Below, piece by piece: positions 1-9,605 of a stretch of 64,000 bases of DNA (positions are counted from its first letter, which is position 1; every line of letters begins with the position of its first letter). A program made the position numbers and the translations under genes. The stretch lies in NCBI GenBank assembly GCA_965208835.1, contig OZ242358.1, positions 3,200,001-3,264,000 on the forward strand, in the 5' to 3' direction. A model generated the notes under the pieces. That model ran no database searches. It was not told where the DNA came from and worked only from the letters and a program-made list of their open reading frames with translations. The stretch comes from Candidatus Latescibacterota bacterium (lineage in GTDB: Bacteria > Latescibacterota > UBA2968 > GCA-2709665).

Positions 1-373
1 GTAATGCTGTCTTCAGCTTGTTGGTGTCGACAATCAGAGCAGGCCGTGACAGATCGCAGCCACAGGCGCAGGGGCGGTCGAGCAACTCCCATTCCCTGCG
101 GAAGGGCCGATCGTCGCTGAACCAGCGCCAGTCGTAAATGCGCCTGCAATGCGGACACACCTCGTGCTGCTCCGGCTCCCCGGGCATTCCCTCGTCCCGG
201 ATAAGGCGCCGCACCTCTTCCGCATCACCTCGCGGCATCAGTCCGACCGGCGTCGTCGATCGCACACACCAGCGGCAGCGGTGCATCTGGTGCTTTATCA
301 GGTACACAATCAGGACCACAGCACCCATTACGACGATCGCTATGATGGCTATTTCTAACGTGGAAACATCCAA
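1..373 (-). CDS. Partial hypothetical membrane-anchored protein with several Cys pairs; runs off the left edge and is not in the ORF track
   Basis: Manual translation from TTG 373 (or GTG 388): LDVSTLEIAIIAIVVMGAVVLIVYLIKHQMHRCRWC...EVCPHCRR...PCACGC..., open to the edge; N-terminal TM helix. Confidence 0.6.
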   Translation of the reverse strand, partial: MDVSTLEIAIIAIVVMGAVVLIVYLIKHQMHRCRWCVRSTTPVGLMPRGDAEEVRRLIRDEGMPGEPEQHEVCPHCRRIYDWRWFSDDRPFRREWELLDRPCACGCDLSRPALIVDTNKLKTAL

Positions 374-797
374 AGTTACGTCCGCCACTGGAGAATATCC
401 GGATCACGTGTTCGCGACAGCCGAATCACGGATGCTGAGATCCCGCGGTTGCATGTGCCAGTCGTTTTTTTCTCGCCGGACAGGGGTCTGTTTACTTTCG
501 TATCAATGTCGAAAGTGTATTTTCCAGTATAGTGTATCCCAAGGCGAAATCCAAGCCTTGCCGTGCCGTTCCATGTGCTCTGAACCGCCGCATTCGGTCA
601 AATCCGATTGACCGCCGGATTCCATCGTCATATATTCGGGTGACGACGGGTTGGCGATGTGCCGTTGCAGTGAAACCGAGAGGAAACGCAGAATGACGCT
701 GGACCAGCCGATCCTGAAGCTGCGGCACCATAGGCTGGACGCCAATACGATAACCAGTCCGTTGGAAAACCGGGGAAAAAAAGTGACCACGGAAATT

Positions 798-834
798 TGA
801 TTTCATTGACTATAATGATATCATTGCGTACATT
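798..834 (+). promoter_or_regulatory. Sigma-70-like promoter with candidate antitoxin operator
   Basis: TTGACT(806-811)-N17-TACATT(829-834); half-site-like TGATTTCA (798-805) and TGATATCA (816-823) resemble FitA operator repeats. Confidence 0.5.
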
Positions 835-853
835 ATGGGGTGGAGGTGGAAAA

Positions 854-1096
854 ATGGCTAGCTTGACGATTCGCAACATAGGTGATGACGTGAAGCAGCG
901 CCTGCGCATCCAGGCGGCAGAGCACGGCCACTCCATGGAAGAGGAAGCGCGGGTGATTCTGCGCACGGCGCTAAACGAGCACGGACCTCCCGCCAATCTG
1001 TACCGCGCCATACGGGCTCGGTTCGCACCCCTGGGCGGAGTGGAACTGGAAATACCGCCGCGCGACCCCATGCGCGAACCACCCCGACTCGGCTGA
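854..1096 (+). CDS. FitA-like ribbon-helix-helix antitoxin
   Basis: MASLTIRNIGDDVKQRLRIQAAEHGHSMEEEARVIL; GGAGG RBS; directly upstream of a PIN toxin. Confidence 0.9.
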   Translation: MASLTIRNIGDDVKQRLRIQAAEHGHSMEEEARVILRTALNEHGPPANLYRAIRARFAPLGGVELEIPPRDPMREPPRLG

Positions 1097-1105
1097 GTTG
1101 TTGGA

Positions 1106-1525
1106 ATGATCCTTCTCGACACCAACGTCGTTTCGGAATTGATGCGTCCTGAGCCCGATCCTGGAGTGGCGGCGTGGCTTACCGACCAGCCCGCTGCGAA
1201 TGTTTTTCTCTCGGTGATCACCGAGGCCGAACTGCGCTACGGCGTTGCCATTATGCCAGCAGGCCGCCGCCGCGAGCGGGTCGCAGCTGCAGTCGAGCAT
1301 ATGCTCCAGGGAGATTTTGCCCGGCGCATCCTGCCCTTCGACAGCCAGGCAGCACGGCTCTATGCGCAAATCGGCGCCGAGCGCCGGGCCGCCGGTCTCC
1401 CCATCAGCCATGCCGACTGTCAGATGGCCGCCATTGCGCGTTGCCGAGGGGCGGCCATTGCCACCCGAAATGCCGGTCATTTCGAGGGCTGCGGCATCGA
1501 GGTAATCAACCCATGGTCAGCTTGA
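1106..1525 (+). CDS. vapC: VapC/FitB PIN-domain toxin
   Basis: MILLDTNVVSELMR, ITEAEL, DCQMAAIA, IATRN, VINPW motifs. Confidence 0.93.
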   Translation: MILLDTNVVSELMRPEPDPGVAAWLTDQPAANVFLSVITEAELRYGVAIMPAGRRRERVAAAVEHMLQGDFARRILPFDSQAARLYAQIGAERRAAGLPISHADCQMAAIARCRGAAIATRNAGHFEGCGIEVINPWSA

Positions 1526-1609
1526 TCGTCCGCCAGTCGCAAATGGGAGAGCCGTCGCTCAGAGCCGAGTGGAAAACGAGACCACGCAAGACCGCCAGAT
1601 CGCGGATGC

Positions 1610-1660
1610 CCACGAGAAAACATCCAGGCTTGCCTGCTCTTTGCACATCGTCATCTTTGA
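1610..1660 (+). pseudogene. Possible C-terminal remnant of a DUF433-type antitoxin
   Basis: Reads PRENIQACLLFAHRHL*, resembling the DUF433 end (xREDIQACLxFA); no N-terminus; lies among TA genes. Confidence 0.4.
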
Positions 1661-1691
1661 AGACATTGGGATACTCATGAACAATACATGA

Positions 1692-2003
1692 ATTGACCAA
1701 AGCCCGCTAGACGACATCATCAGGCGCATTGTGGAGGTGGCCGAGCCGGAGAAGGTCATCCTCTTCGGATCCGTCGCGCGGAGCGACATGAACCGCCACA
1801 GCGACGTCGATCTGTTAATCATCAAGGAGGGAGCACATCGGGGAAGCCTGGCGGGGAGGATCTACGAGAATATGCACGGCGCCGGTGTGGCGGTCGATGT
1901 GGTTGTGGTCACCCCCGACGACGTAGAGCGGTATAAGGACAGCCATGCTCTGGTCATCAAGCCCGCGCTGCGTGAAGGAAGGGTTGTGTATGAGTCCTCC
2001 TGA
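1692..2003 (+). CDS. MNT nucleotidyltransferase antitoxin; start region possibly damaged
   Basis: IILFGS-like VILFGSVAR, SDVDLLII, VDVVV; ATG at 1688 is one base out of frame with IDQSPLDDIIRRIVEVAEP. Confidence 0.8.
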   Translation: MDQSPLDDIIRRIVEVAEPEKVILFGSVARSDMNRHSDVDLLIIKEGAHRGSLAGRIYENMHGAGVAVDVVVVTPDDVERYKDSHALVIKPALREGRVVYESS

Positions 2004-2175
2004 ACGGTACCCGCCCGATGATCCCCGGGAATGGCTGAACCGTGCCAGGAGTAGTCTGGCAATGGCCCCGAGAACGTGGAGCAAACTACCAGCTTGCTTT
2101 ACCGGATCAAGCGGGCTTGGGCGGCGACGGTGCTGTTCCGTGGCAATTCGCCGCACGCTGGCATCGGACTCTTGA
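1990..2175 (+). pseudogene. Truncated HEPN toxin
   Basis: MSPPERYPPDDPREWLNRARSSLAMA is a typical HEPN N-terminus overlapping the MNT stop; similarity lost after about 26 codons. Confidence 0.7.
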
Positions 2176-2226
2176 CGATTCGAATTTAATCCTGACAGAT
2201 TGACCGGTTGAGAATCTTACGCTTTC

Positions 2227-3090
2227 ATGTGGCTCTCAAGCAAGATGGGAAACGACTCTATGATCGGATTGCCTCTTCAGCTGTTCGGAACCGCCCTGGC
2301 CTTCGTCGCGACGGTTTCGAGCCTGACATCTGCACAAGAGGGGGGCCCCGATGCGGAATTCGCGCCCTCCAGGAACCGCGCGGCGTCCCTTGCGCGGGGG
2401 GATTTCTATGTTCTGGGCGCCGCCACCCTGGATCTGCGGGCAACGTCGCGGTTTCAGGACAGGAATTGTTCGAGCGAGACTCCGGCGGCGCTCTATGGTT
2501 GCGGAACCGGCGCGGACGGCGACAACCTGAGCGCCTCGGGCGAATTCGCCAGGGCGCCCGGTTTCGAAGTGGGCGCGGGCTACGTTGCGACAACGCGCAT
2601 CCGCGTCGAAGCCACCGTTCAGTACCGCCCCACGTTCTCCTTCAACGGCCGCGCCAACTTTGTGCAGACCTCCGGACGTCAGGACGTCTCGGCCGACATA
2701 TCCTCCCTTTCCGCTCTTGCCAGCATTTATGCAGACCTCCCCGGAAGGGGACCGTTCAGCCCTTTCCTCGGGTGCGGCGTCGGACTGTCGCGGAATACAA
2801 TCGGCGAAACCCAAATGGAGTTCCCCAGGACGACCACGATCGTGCCAGGCGCCAGCGGGACAGGATTTGCGTTCATGTTGGCCGCGGGCGCCGCGGCGCG
2901 GGTTTGGGGAAGGGTATACGTCGACGTGGGTTGGCGGTACCTGGATGCCGGCGCCGTGGAGACCGGGCGCGCCAAGGGGCGAATCGTCTGGCGCGACGGG
3001 AGCCGCCAACCGCTGGAACTCGGTCTGGCGGAGACGAGTGCGAATCTCTCCAGCCACGGGCTTCGGGTTTCGCTGCGGTACGGACTCTGA
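2227..3090 (+). CDS. Outer-membrane beta-barrel protein (opacity/OmpA-like barrel)
   Basis: Signal peptide, SPFLGCGVGLS, YVDVGWRYLD, C-terminal LRVSLRYGL; start may be 2245 or 2260. Confidence 0.75.
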   Translation: MWLSSKMGNDSMIGLPLQLFGTALAFVATVSSLTSAQEGGPDAEFAPSRNRAASLARGDFYVLGAATLDLRATSRFQDRNCSSETPAALYGCGTGADGDNLSASGEFARAPGFEVGAGYVATTRIRVEATVQYRPTFSFNGRANFVQTSGRQDVSADISSLSALASIYADLPGRGPFSPFLGCGVGLSRNTIGETQMEFPRTTTIVPGASGTGFAFMLAAGAAARVWGRVYVDVGWRYLDAGAVETGRAKGRIVWRDGSRQPLELGLAETSANLSSHGLRVSLRYGL

Positions 3091-3108
3091 ACACGCGCAA
3101 TTGGCAGG

Positions 3109-3795
3109 ATGGCCGCTACGGAAAGGAACCGCGGCGTGAACCCATTCAGCGTCTATTTCGCGGGTGAACTCTTCGACCACAAGCATCTCATCGGCAACGC
3201 CATTCTGGCTGAGGCCATCGATCGCCATTCGGACTGCCGGTACAACTGCGTCGTACCGCAGCACCTGGAACAAGCCACCGGTCGGGCTGTCGACATCCGG
3301 AATCAGGACCTGAAGCAGGTGATAGCGTGCGACCTGGGCCTGTTCAACTTCGACGGGACGGACCTGGATTCCGGTACGGTGGTGGAGTTCATGGTAGCCA
3401 AGTTCCTGGACATCCCGTCGGTGATTCTGCGCTCCGACTTCCGTTCCGCCGGGGACCAGGACAAGGATGGCGACGCCTGGAACCTGATGTGCTCCTTCTA
3501 CCCTCGGGTCCGCGTGCTCGGGTTCAATGCGATGTCCTGGTACCAGGAAGCGCGGGTCGGCGCTTCCAACGTGACAGATTGTTCTGACCGACTTTACGCC
3601 AGGATTGCCCACGCTGTTATAGAGCAACTGGACGCGGTCCGCGCCGAACCGCCGGTAGCGGAATTCGATGAAGAACGAAAACGCGAGCTGTACGAGTGGG
3701 CGACTCGCTTCCCGGGCGGCGGGCTGGAGCCCTTCTGCGGGCCGGGATTCGTGGACGAGGTGATCGAGTCCAAGCGAAGGAAGGGTTTGCTGTAG
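3109..3795 (+). CDS. Nucleoside 2-deoxyribosyltransferase family protein
   Basis: VYFAGELF, VPQ, DSGTVVEF, LRSDFR, WNLM motifs. Confidence 0.85.
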   Translation: MAATERNRGVNPFSVYFAGELFDHKHLIGNAILAEAIDRHSDCRYNCVVPQHLEQATGRAVDIRNQDLKQVIACDLGLFNFDGTDLDSGTVVEFMVAKFLDIPSVILRSDFRSAGDQDKDGDAWNLMCSFYPRVRVLGFNAMSWYQEARVGASNVTDCSDRLYARIAHAVIEQLDAVRAEPPVAEFDEERKRELYEWATRFPGGGLEPFCGPGFVDEVIESKRRKGLL

Positions 3796-3830
3796 AGAAG
3801 CGAACAGTCGGACATCAGGAATACCGCCAC

Positions 3831-3880
3831 ATCCTGTCCATCCATGTAAGTTCATGTTTTTTGGACTATCCTGACTCAGG
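3831..3880. repeat. Partial copy of repeat family B (ATCCTG-type)
   Basis: ATCCTGTCCATCCATGTAA (3831-3849) is identical to 38373-38391. Confidence 0.6.
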
Positions 3881-3888
3881 AGCTTGAT

Positions 3889-5043
3889 ATGTACGATATA
3901 CGGGGTGGACTTGCCCGACTCCAGTCGAAACGCACCGGCCGGCACTCCTCCTGGGATACGTCCGGGCGAAACAGCGACGCCTGGATCTTCGAGCCAGGTG
4001 AGACCCGGATCCTCGCCGACGTCGAAGGCCCCGCATGCATCACCCATCTCTGGTTTACCCAGGGCAACCACTACCGTGAGTGCCTGCTGAAAATCACCTA
4101 CGACGATGCGAAGGAACCAAGCGTACTGTGTCCCCTAGGCGACTTCTTCGGGCTGGGCCACGGCATCGTCAACTCCTACCAGTCATTGCTCTTCACCGCG
4201 TCGACCAATAGCAACAACCAGTTCGAAACCGGCTGCGCGCTCAACGCGTACGTTCCCATGCCCTTTCGCAAGAGGGCACGGTTCGAACTGGTCAACGAAA
4301 GCGACGAGCCTCACCGGCAGTACTTCTACGTGGACTGGGAGACCTGTCCCGATGGCGTGCCGGCCGACACAGGGTATTTCCACGCTGAATTCCGTCGCGA
4401 AAACCCCTTCGGCGGATGGGGACACGAAATCCGGGTGAACTCGCCGGAAGCGGATATCGTCAATACGGGACGGGAGGCATGGGAAAACAACTACGTGATC
4501 CTGGACGCCGAGGGGCGCGGACACTACATCGGCTGCAATCTCAGCGTCACCAATTTCCAGGGCACCTGGTGGGGCGAGGGCGACGACATGATCTGGGTGG
4601 ACGGGTACAGGTGGCCGCCCAACCTGCATGGCACCGGCAGCGAGGACTATCTGAACCAGGCATGGGGTATGCAACCCAACGCCTTCCTGCGGAATGGCTC
4701 CTCAATCTACGAAGGCGATACCGACGGCTACCAGACCAGCTACGTCCACCACCTGGAGAATCCGGTCCGCTTCGAGCGGGAAATCAGGGTGACCATCGAG
4801 CACGGCCACGGAAACCATCTGTGCAACGAGATTAGCAGCGTGGCCTACTGGTACGGCGACCGCCCCCGCGCCGTGGCGCAGCCGCCTGCCGTGGACCGGC
4901 GCCTGCCGGTTCGGCGCGACAACCGTGGACGTTGGCTGTACGACGCGCGTACTCAGTCGACCTCCCGTACCGTTCCGCTGAATGATGAGATGAAGAGAAA
5001 TAAAGCCGGCTGGAACCGTGGAAAATCCGTGACCGACCCGTAA
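3889..5043 (+). CDS. DUF2961 / GH172-like glycoside hydrolase
   Basis: SSWDTSGRNSD, GPACITHLW, PLGDFFG, PMPF, WWGEGDDMI, GTGSEDY, TIEHGHGN. Confidence 0.92.
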   Translation: MYDIRGGLARLQSKRTGRHSSWDTSGRNSDAWIFEPGETRILADVEGPACITHLWFTQGNHYRECLLKITYDDAKEPSVLCPLGDFFGLGHGIVNSYQSLLFTASTNSNNQFETGCALNAYVPMPFRKRARFELVNESDEPHRQYFYVDWETCPDGVPADTGYFHAEFRRENPFGGWGHEIRVNSPEADIVNTGREAWENNYVILDAEGRGHYIGCNLSVTNFQGTWWGEGDDMIWVDGYRWPPNLHGTGSEDYLNQAWGMQPNAFLRNGSSIYEGDTDGYQTSYVHHLENPVRFEREIRVTIEHGHGNHLCNEISSVAYWYGDRPRAVAQPPAVDRRLPVRRDNRGRWLYDARTQSTSRTVPLNDEMKRNKAGWNRGKSVTDP

Positions 5044-5187
5044 CGCAAGGCAGGGTCGGCGCCGGCATGCCGCTGTAACCGGCGCTCAGTCTGCGCTTTT
5101 CGATATTTCCGACACCCTCCAGATTCGCACCGATCGGCCCGGAGGGTCGATCCTTTCCATCGCGCCGCGGTTCGACAGGAGTTTTCC

Positions 5188-6084
5188 ATGCGTTTCGTGC
5201 TGGTCATTTTTTTTACTATTTTCGGACTCGATTCGCTTTTTCACAGCTCGCGGGTATGGGCGCAGTCTGAGGATGCCAGCCGGCCTCGCTCGGGCTGGTA
5301 CGTCGGCGCGACAATTGGTGTGGGTCAAGCTGGTGACATCGATCAGAATGGCTGGAACAGGGACACGTTCTGCTATCCTACGGACGCCTGTTTCGACCTG
5401 GATCCCATACCCCGTGTCTCCGGCTACCGCTGGGAATACAACGTCGAACCTGACCGCGGCAACGCGCTCGAGATCGCTATAGGACGCGTGTACGATCGAA
5501 AACGGCTGGAACTGTCGGTCGCACAGAAGAAGAACGGCGTCAACCAGGTCTTCCGTAGCGTCACCGATTTCGACGGTGTACGGATGGAGGACCGCCGGGG
5601 CGGGACGATTGCGTCCAACACCCGGGCGTGGATCGACGATCTCGTGGTGCGTTCGTTTTCGCTCAACGCTTACTACGATCTACACGGTGCGCGCGTCGGC
5701 ATCTCACCCTACATAGGCATCGGATTGGGAGCGGCGCAGTTCGTGATGGCCGGGGCGCACTTTTCGAACGACCACCAGGAAACATCGGACAGCCGCCCCG
5801 TTTACGATCCGCCGCTTTCGTTCTACAACAGCCGGCAGGAAGGCGACCTCTCCGACGTCGTTCCGGTATGGAGCGTTCACGCCGGAGTTGATTATTCTTT
5901 GGGCGACAATACGTTGCTGGGATTGAAGCTCACGTATTCGATGACAGGCGACGCGGAAGTCCGCGGTGAATATTCGATACATCCCATGCAGAGCCTGGAC
6001 CCGGACTTCCCCAGTCATAATGCCTTCGCGGGCGCCCGTCACTGGATATTGACGCTGAACGCCAAACGGTTTTTCGGCAACTGA
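5188..6084 (+). CDS. Outer-membrane beta-barrel protein (opacity/OmpA-like barrel)
   Basis: Signal peptide, GWYVG, LNAYYD, SPYIGIGLG, AGVDY. Confidence 0.75.
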   Translation: MRFVLVIFFTIFGLDSLFHSSRVWAQSEDASRPRSGWYVGATIGVGQAGDIDQNGWNRDTFCYPTDACFDLDPIPRVSGYRWEYNVEPDRGNALEIAIGRVYDRKRLELSVAQKKNGVNQVFRSVTDFDGVRMEDRRGGTIASNTRAWIDDLVVRSFSLNAYYDLHGARVGISPYIGIGLGAAQFVMAGAHFSNDHQETSDSRPVYDPPLSFYNSRQEGDLSDVVPVWSVHAGVDYSLGDNTLLGLKLTYSMTGDAEVRGEYSIHPMQSLDPDFPSHNAFAGARHWILTLNAKRFFGN

Positions 6085-6112
6085 ATCAAGACTTGCGGAA
6101 CTGGAGTAAACC

Positions 6113-7414
6113 ATGGGAAAAAAAGGCGATTATCCGGGGTTGTTTGAACTCTACGAACGTGACCCGGACAAGGCCGACAGGCTCCTCTTCGGCCGCGAGA
6201 CCTGTTCCGACAGGCGGGGATTCCTGAAAAACGCGGGTTTGGCGGCGATGGGGGCGATGGTCGGATCCATCATTCCGTTCCATCGCAATATTCCCGCGCA
6301 CTTCATCCCTTCCGTGCTCGCGGGTGAAAGGGTCATTCGCGGTAAAGACGGTCTCGTCGTGATCAACGAACGCCCTCTGAATGCGGAAACTCCCGCCCAC
6401 CTGCTGGATGACGCCATTACGCCGACGGCAAGGCATTTTATCCGGAATAACGGCGTTCCCCCGGTAAACACGGATGCGGCCGGATGGATGCTGGCCATCG
6501 ACGGCCTGGTGGACAGACCGACGATGATGGGCATCGACGACCTCAAAAGGAAGTTCGACGTTGTCACGCGCGCGCTGGTGCTGGAGTGCGGCGGCAACGG
6601 CCGCGCATTTTTCGATCCGCCCGCGAAGGGAGACCCGTGGACCTACGGCGCCGTTGGCTGCTCGGAATGGACGGGCGTACGGCTCGCCGACGTCCTCAAG
6701 GCCGCTGGCGTCAAGGCGAACGTCGTCTACACCGCGCACGAAGGCGCCGACACCCACCTCTCCGGGGAGGCAGGCAAGTTGCCCCTGTCCCGGGGCGTGC
6801 CGATCGTGAAGGCCATGGACGAACACAATCTGATCGCCTTCGAGCAGAACGGAAAACCCATCCATCCGATGAACGGCGCCCCGCTGCGCATGATCGTGCC
6901 GGGGTGGCCCGGGTCCTGCTCGCAGAAGTGGCTGACCCGCATCCGGCTGCGGGACCGGGTCCACGACGGCCCGAAAATGACCGGCACGTCCTACCGGGTA
7001 CCCAATCGTCCGATTGCACGCGGCGAGAAAGTGGATGAGAAGGACTTCGACATCATACACAGCATGCCGGTAAAGTCTCTGATCACGAGTCCGGTCGACG
7101 GGCATAGAACGGACGGCAGGTCGCTGACCGTCCGCGGACACGCGTGGGCCGGCGATCGGCGGGTGGACTCCGTGCACCTTTCGATCGACTTCGGCACTTC
7201 GTGGATGAAGGCGAAGCTGGACGAGCCGGTGAACGCGTTCGCCTGGCAAAACTGGCAGGCCAGAGTCACGTTTCCTCAGGCGGGATATTACGAGGTCTGG
7301 GCCAAAGCCACCGACTCGCACGGCGCAAGCCAGCCGCACGCGATCGCCTGGAACCCGCGGGGCTATCTCAATAACACGATGCACCGCGTTGCGGTGACGG
7401 TTGATGGAGCGTAG
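6113..7414 (+). CDS. Tat-exported sulfite oxidase-family molybdoenzyme (SorA/SoxC-like)
   Basis: DRRGFLK Tat motif, PLNAET, FIRNN, LECGGNGR (Mo-ligand Cys), WTGVRL, GAPLR, PGWPG..KWL, WNPRGY. Confidence 0.93.
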   Translation: MGKKGDYPGLFELYERDPDKADRLLFGRETCSDRRGFLKNAGLAAMGAMVGSIIPFHRNIPAHFIPSVLAGERVIRGKDGLVVINERPLNAETPAHLLDDAITPTARHFIRNNGVPPVNTDAAGWMLAIDGLVDRPTMMGIDDLKRKFDVVTRALVLECGGNGRAFFDPPAKGDPWTYGAVGCSEWTGVRLADVLKAAGVKANVVYTAHEGADTHLSGEAGKLPLSRGVPIVKAMDEHNLIAFEQNGKPIHPMNGAPLRMIVPGWPGSCSQKWLTRIRLRDRVHDGPKMTGTSYRVPNRPIARGEKVDEKDFDIIHSMPVKSLITSPVDGHRTDGRSLTVRGHAWAGDRRVDSVHLSIDFGTSWMKAKLDEPVNAFAWQNWQARVTFPQAGYYEVWAKATDSHGASQPHAIAWNPRGYLNNTMHRVAVTVDGA

Positions 7415-7680
7415 AAGGAAGAAGGAAAAAGGAAGAAAGGCGGGGAGACGGGAGAAGGTAGAAGGGAGAAGAAATCCTTGCCCGGTAGGTTTTTCCTACT
7501 TGCCTCCGGCAGGAGAAGAAACCTCACGAGGCAGGCAATATCTCCCCTCTTCCGTCTTACTTCTCACCGGTTTTTTGGGGCCGGGGAGAGAGGTCTGGGC
7601 GGTGCGGAGCGGTGGATCTTGATCTTGCCTTTCGCTTTTGGCTGACGGCTGACCGCTGATAGCTGATGGCTGATGGCTTC
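7412..7680 (+). repeat. Dispersed structured repeat family A, copy 1
   Basis: Core about 7468-7546 (GAAGAAATCCTTGCCCGG...CTTGCCTCCGGCAGGAGAAGAAACCTCAC..GGCAGG), flanked by purine-rich and pyrimidine-rich ~7-mers, then a GCTGAnn 7-mer array. Confidence 0.8.
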
Positions 7681-7710
7681 CGTTAAAATATCCCGATCGG
7701 GCCGTTTCTT

Positions 7711-8418
7711 ATGAAACTCACATCGGAGCAGGTCCACCTGTTTCGCCACAACGGATTCCTCAAATTGAAAGACCGGCTTCCTGAGGAGCAGTCGGCAAAG
7801 CTCAGAAAGGCGATCTGGAGGAATATTCGCGAGGAGGTGGAACCGGCCGTGCGGGACCCCGAAGGACGGATCATACGCCTTTCGGGCATCGCGGACAGAG
7901 ACCCTGTTTTCCTCGAAACCGCCACCTGTCCGATCGTCCTGGATCCCCTGGAATCACTTCTGGGCCCCAACATCGAATTCATCAGAAACCGGCACAACCA
8001 CGCCACGCTCCGGCTGGCCTCTGAGGACCGACCCGAGAGAATGCACCGCGACGTCAGGCAGTGGTCCAGGACGATCGTCACGGTGATCTTCTATCTGGAG
8101 GAAACAACCGTGGAAAACGGATGCACGCTGGTCGTGCCCGGCTCCCACCAGTTCCCGGGCGTCGGCGGCCGTCTGTACGACGAATCCTGGACCCTGGATC
8201 TCCTGGACCAGGCCCTGCCCGCGCCAATGCCCGAAGGCGGAATGCTCGTCATCGACAGCATGATCATGCACGGCGTCGGGCAGAATCACACGGACGGCAC
8301 AAGGATGAGTATGACCATGGGCTACCACAGCGTGGACGAAATCGCCGACATGGAGAATCCTCACCGTATGCTGGTGCGCGGAGAACGGCCCTACGACGGC
8401 AACGTACCCCGGACTTAG
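7711..8418 (+). CDS. Phytanoyl-CoA dioxygenase (PhyH) family Fe/2OG enzyme
   Basis: LTSEQVHLFRHNGF, HRD, ENGCTLVVPGSH, HGVGQN..R. Confidence 0.9.
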   Translation: MKLTSEQVHLFRHNGFLKLKDRLPEEQSAKLRKAIWRNIREEVEPAVRDPEGRIIRLSGIADRDPVFLETATCPIVLDPLESLLGPNIEFIRNRHNHATLRLASEDRPERMHRDVRQWSRTIVTVIFYLEETTVENGCTLVVPGSHQFPGVGGRLYDESWTLDLLDQALPAPMPEGGMLVIDSMIMHGVGQNHTDGTRMSMTMGYHSVDEIADMENPHRMLVRGERPYDGNVPRT

Positions 8419-8685
8419 TAGTCAGGAGACAGCGTGCTCCGGCTCCGAGACGGGAAAGACCCCCGTGTCCATTCTCCTCCTATTCCCAGCATTTAGCCGG
8501 CTATTCGATCGGTAACGAATCACCGATGGCATAGCCTTCGTATTTCTATGAATGTCGCAGATAACGTGCATTTCTCAGGTGTGATTTGCGATCAGGCCTG
8601 GCATTCTGTATCTTGCATTAAATGTGACGTCGATTGTTGACTGGATTGATGCACCTTGGACCTCCGTACGGGAAGCCTTCAGTGT

Positions 8686-9024
8686 ATGAACGCGAGAGTG
8701 CAGAAAATATCAGAACCGCTCCTGGACGAGATCGCCAGAAAAATCGTCGATCACTTTCATCCAGATCAAATCATCCTCTTTGGCTCTCATGCATATGGTG
8801 TGCCGAAGGAGGATAGCGATCTGGATCTGCTGGTCATTATGGAATCGGATTTGCGTCCGACAGAGCGAAGCGCCGCGATTGTCAGCATCTGTCGCCCCAG
8901 ATACGTCGCAATGGATATTGTCGTCCGTACACCTGAAGAAATCCGGACCCGCATGCGAGACTTCGATCCATTTCTCGAGGAAATTTTCAAACTTGGACGC
9001 ACCCTCTACAAGTCACCCGGGTGA
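8686..9024 (+). CDS. MNT nucleotidyltransferase antitoxin
   Basis: PDQIILFGSHAYG, DSDLDLLVI, DIVVRTPEE. Confidence 0.88.
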   Translation: MNARVQKISEPLLDEIARKIVDHFHPDQIILFGSHAYGVPKEDSDLDLLVIMESDLRPTERSAAIVSICRPRYVAMDIVVRTPEEIRTRMRDFDPFLEEIFKLGRTLYKSPG

Positions 9025-9058
9025 AACAGACGCGTGGGTCTATAAAGCGTAAGAAGCA
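9021..9058 (+). pseudogene. Vestige of a HEPN toxin N-terminus
   Basis: ETDAWVYKA*E at the MNT stop, compared with the HEPN-type xxWxxKAEED; nothing follows. Confidence 0.5.
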
Positions 9059-9062
9059 GTGG

Positions 9063-9587
9063 CTATCTTTCCAGCTTTACCGATTCAGCATGTCCCACCC
9101 ATTTCTCAGTGAGCGAGAAAATCACGGTTTCGTGACAAACTACAACTATGCGCTCGAAGTCTCTGTATCGATCCAGAACACGAGTGACTCGCGCGCGGAC
9201 GCTCGATAGTGGCTCCCAGTCTCTCGTCTCTCCGGACGGCCATTCGCCTCCGAGCGACAGCATCTCAACTACGGTCTTATCGACGAGTTCAAGCGAAGGT
9301 CGCCACGCGCATACCCATTCGTGCAGATCGAACTCGACGCGAAGATCGAGATCGAGAATCCGGCTGATGAGGTTGGCCGACTGGAACGCACGTGTCATGG
9401 GAGACGAAATAACCAGTTGATAATCTTCGGCTTCGAGAGATACTGATGCGTTCTCAATCTCGCGAATTCCATTCGGGGTCAGTGGGACGATGTGTGCCGC
9501 CCAGCCGACCTCCGCGCCCTTCAGACTGCCGCCGGGGGCCAGGGGCCAGTCCGGTTCGCCGTGCCGGATGAGATGGAACGTCGTCAT
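9063..9587 (-). CDS. Histidine phosphatase family protein
   Basis: LIRHGE, SSPMTRA, DLHEW, VVCHE. Confidence 0.88.
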   Translation of the reverse strand: MTTFHLIRHGEPDWPLAPGGSLKGAEVGWAAHIVPLTPNGIREIENASVSLEAEDYQLVISSPMTRAFQSANLISRILDLDLRVEFDLHEWVCAWRPSLELVDKTVVEMLSLGGEWPSGETRDWEPLSSVRARVTRVLDRYRDFERIVVVCHETVIFSLTEKWVGHAESVKLER

Positions 9588-9605
9588 TCAACACATGCTC
9601 CCGGT

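Noticed and set aside
138-611. 157-aa plus-strand ORF
   Set aside because: It is the antisense of the minus-strand membrane protein running off the left edge
2236-4071. 611-aa minus-strand ORF, and similar long ORFs such as 6086-7384, 9492-10868, 41894-43081 and 56898-57998
   Set aside because: Antisense shadows of well-supported genes, expected in GC-rich DNA
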